Positions 34,429-36,511 of a stretch of DNA of 36,511 bases are shown one piece after another. Position numbers and translations under genes: made by a program. Origin of the DNA: an uncultured Candidatus Saccharibacteria bacterium. Its GTDB lineage: Bacteria; Patescibacteriota; Minisyncoccia; Phycocordibacterales; JAACPR01. Location of the stretch: NCBI GenBank assembly GCA_964598245.1, contig CAZRAX010000002.1, forward strand, positions 5,124-41,634, in the 5' to 3' direction. Under the pieces are notes generated by a model. That model did not search any database and had not been told where the DNA came from. It saw nothing but the letters and a program-made list of their open reading frames with translations. Every line of letters begins with the position of its first letter. Within the stretch, counting starts at the first letter, position 1.

Positions 34429-36132
34429 TTATTCTTCAGAGTTTTTATATCTTTCTTTTTCAATATCTAAATCAATAACACGAATAACCTCTTCTATTGT
34501 GGTAATTCCTTTTATTACTTTTGTAATGCCGTCTTGAGCCATAGACATAATGCCTTGTTTTTCTGAGGCCTTATTAATTTCCCTTTCACTTGGGTTATTT
34601 TGAACTGTTTTTTCAACCTCTGAATCTGATTGAATTGCTTCAAAAACACCAATTCTGCCACGATATCCTGTACCATGGCACTCTGTACAACCTCTTGATT
34701 TATAAATGTGCCCATCGAACTCGGGCTTGTTAGGATCTTTAATGTTTGAATAAATATTTTTAATTATTTCTAATTCTTTTCCTTCGGCTAAAACTTTCTC
34801 TCTACAATGCGGACAAACTTTTCTAACCAGCCTTTGGGCAACAGCAATAGAAACAGCAGAAGTAATAATTTTAGGATTAATACCTAGATCAATTAATCTG
34901 GTAAAAGCACCAGCTGCGTTGTTGGTGTGAAGAGTGGAAAAAACAAGGTGACCAGTTAGTGCAGCATGAATAGCGGTCTCGGCTGTTTCTTGGTCTCGAA
35001 TTTCTCCAACCATAATAATATCGGGGTCTTGTCTCAAAGAGCTACGAAGGCCCGAGGCAAAATCATAACCTTTCTTTTTGTCGACTTGGGTTTGAACAAT
35101 TCCTTCTAGGTGATATTCAATTGGATCTTCAATGGTAATAATTTTAATATTTGGATTTTTTCTTTTATTTAAAAAAGCATAGAGTGCTGTTGTTTTACCA
35201 GAACCAGTTGGACCAGTGTTTAAAATCATTCCATTTGGTTTAGAAATTTCTTCCAGCAAAATTTCTAAAAGTTTTTCTGGAACACCAAGATCAGTTATTG
35301 GTACAGACAGAGAGCTTGGGTCCAAAAGACGCATAACAATAGATTCTCCATTATTGCCTGGTAAAATAGAAGTTCTAATTTCAATTTCTTTTTTCCCAAT
35401 AACAATACTAAAGCGTCCGTCTTGGGCGGCATTCTGAATGTTTAATTTAAGTCTTGATAAAAGCTTGATTCTTGAAAGAAGAAGTCGATAGGTGTCTTTA
35501 TCAAAACTAGTAACATCTGACAAAACACCGTCTAATCTAAATCGTAATCCAACACTCTCATCTTCTGGCTCAACATGGATATCTGATGCTTTAGCGGAAA
35601 TGCCGGCGGCTAAAATAATTTCAACAATTTTAGAAATCCTAAAACTTTTATTCATTTGCATTACATCAGCAATTGCCTTTTTTGCTTCTTCTATGGAACG
35701 AAATTTTTCAATCAAGTTTTCAATTTCTTTATTGGCTATACTTAATGTTCCTGACTCTGTTTTGGTTGAAGAGGATAGATCTTTGTATCTTTCCCATGCT
35801 CGCTCTAGACCCCTTTTAGAGGTAATAAAAACTTCAATAGAATAATTTCTTTCTTTTAGTCTTTGAATTTGGGCCCGTGTTTCTTGCTTGTCTGGAGTCA
35901 AAATAGCGAGAGCAATTTTTTTATTTAAAATGTTAAAAGCAGCTACTGATGCGGCCCGTGATTCTTCTTCTGGGATTAAACGCAAAGCATCTGTACTAAT
36001 CGGAGATGTAGATAAATCTATATAGGGGAGATCGTTTTGATTAGCAATTATTTTTGCTAAATCTTCGTCTTCTCGGTCCCTAAATTTTTGAAGTCTTTGA
36101 TTTTGTTTTTCTTCGTCAAACTGAATTGGCAT
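34429..36132 (-). CDS. pilB: GspE/PilB-family type II secretion / type IV pilus assembly ATPase
   Basis: An N-terminal T2SSE_N-like region is followed by Walker A GPTGSGKTT, MVGEIRD and the His box LVFSTLHTN. The tetracysteine motif is CPHC...CTEC, followed by GYRGRIGVFE. Confidence 0.9.
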   Translation of the reverse strand: MPIQFDEEKQNQRLQKFRDREDEDLAKIIANQNDLPYIDLSTSPISTDALRLIPEEESRAASVAAFNILNKKIALAILTPDKQETRAQIQRLKERNYSIEVFITSKRGLERAWERYKDLSSSTKTESGTLSIANKEIENLIEKFRSIEEAKKAIADVMQMNKSFRISKIVEIILAAGISAKASDIHVEPEDESVGLRFRLDGVLSDVTSFDKDTYRLLLSRIKLLSRLKLNIQNAAQDGRFSIVIGKKEIEIRTSILPGNNGESIVMRLLDPSSLSVPITDLGVPEKLLEILLEEISKPNGMILNTGPTGSGKTTALYAFLNKRKNPNIKIITIEDPIEYHLEGIVQTQVDKKKGYDFASGLRSSLRQDPDIIMVGEIRDQETAETAIHAALTGHLVFSTLHTNNAAGAFTRLIDLGINPKIITSAVSIAVAQRLVRKVCPHCREKVLAEGKELEIIKNIYSNIKDPNKPEFDGHIYKSRGCTECHGTGYRGRIGVFEAIQSDSEVEKTVQNNPSEREINKASEKQGIMSMAQDGITKVIKGITTIEEVIRVIDLDIEKERYKNSEE

Positions 36133-36140
36133 TTGTGATA

Positions 36141-36149
36141 ATTATAACA
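36141..36149 (-). promoter_or_regulatory. extended -10 element TGtTATAAT, 8 nt upstream of the pilB ATG
   Basis: The reverse complement reads aaatttTGtTATAATtatcacaaATG. Confidence 0.5.
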
Positions 36150-36362
36150 AATTTTTTTGATAAGTCTTTGCTGGCGATGTTTGTGTATTGGATTAATTTA
36201 TTAAATCCATCATGTTTGTACACCAAGATAATTTACAATCAAAAGTGATTACATTTCACCGGGGAATTTACAACCTGGCCGACTTGACAAAATTATATTT
36301 TATGTTAGTTTTTAGTTAGATTTTTGTGACAATTCCGTCGCAAATAAAGAAAGAAAAGTACT

Positions 36363-36511
36363 ATGAAAATGAAAAAAATAATTGTAATTCTGTCCGCTCT
36401 TGTAGTGGCTACGGTTTCTCTTTTGGCTCTTGTTTTGACACCTGAGGAAATCGAAATGAGAGGACTTCGGGTTCTCGAGGCCGACGGTGGCAAGTCACAA
36501 CGCGCTCAACG
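36363..36511 (+). CDS. 5' fragment of a secreted or membrane protein gene (runs off the window)
   Basis: The ATG at 36363 opens MKMKKIIVILSALVVATVSLLALVLTPEEIEMRGLRVLEADGGKSQRAQ, a signal/anchor-like N-terminus. The region is GC-richer than the rest of the window. I prefer this to the antisense 62-aa track ORF. Confidence 0.4.
   Translation, partial: MKMKKIIVILSALVVATVSLLALVLTPEEIEMRGLRVLEADGGKSQRAQ

Noticed and set aside
36305-36493. 62-aa minus-strand track ORF at the window edge
   Set aside because: The plus-strand frame from the ATG at 36363 gives a convincing signal/anchor peptide. The minus ORF is Arg/Ser-rich, with no start context. Neither is certain.
1-36511. Alternative genetic code (UGA as Gly or Trp), as in some ultra-small bacteria
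   Set aside because: Conserved proteins (DnaA, DnaN, PBP1A, PcrA, VirB4, PilB, RuvB, TyrRS) are full-length and uninterrupted under the standard code, so UGA is not a sense codon here. The absence of UGA stops is reported separately.
1-36511. CRISPR arrays, rRNA and tRNA genes
   Set aside because: I saw no regularly spaced direct repeats of 25-40 bp. None of the few intergenic regions (701-837, 1709-1819, 6383-6656, 31895-32042, 34120-34428, 36133-36362) contains a cloverleaf-compatible sequence or rRNA-like conserved blocks that I could recognise by eye. A tRNAscan/Infernal run would settle this.

Overview
The window is AT-rich (about 30% GC by eye), very gene-dense, and has almost no Shine-Dalgarno sequences. 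This style fits an ultra-small monoderm genome such as CPR/Patescibacteria, but that placement is inference, not proven. The standard genetic code applies, because the long housekeeping ORFs are intact. The window spans the replication-origin neighbourhood: rpmH-rnpA-yidC on the minus strand, divergent from dnaA-dnaN, with a DnaA-box cluster in the dnaA-dnaN spacer. Housekeeping genes include rpsO, a PcrA/UvrD helicase, rsmA(ksgA), a class A PBP, tyrS, ruvB-yebC-ruvC, comM/yifB, a LysM-M23 peptidase and a PilB/GspE-type ATPase. The main accessory feature is a tightly packed, co-directional 11-gene block at 10832-23804, with two divergent secreted-protein genes at 9414-10790. This block encodes a minimal Gram-positive-style type IV secretion-like apparatus: a VirB6/TrbL-like polytopic protein, a PrgI/VirB3-like protein, a VirB4 ATPase that appears split into two ORFs, and a VirB2/TrbC-like pilin hairpin fused to a ~400-aa extracellular extension. 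At least six further secreted or membrane proteins in the block have no family I can name. No relaxase, coupling protein or integrase lies next to it. Other observations: (1) a recurrent extended -10 motif (TGnTAnAAT) sits 6-11 nt upstream of nine start codons, 6-8 nt for six of them, which suggests leaderless or near-leaderless mRNAs; (2) none of about 35 complete genes ends in TGA; (3) an intrinsic-terminator hairpin contains the comM GTG start; (4) a 171-bp element is closed by a 28-bp near-perfect inverted repeat; (5) an unannotated 42-aa hyper-acidic ORF lies near a perfect DnaA box; (6) a GC-richer gene with an 84-bp tandem duplication sits next to a tyrosine recombinase. I could not recognise any rRNA, tRNA or CRISPR array.
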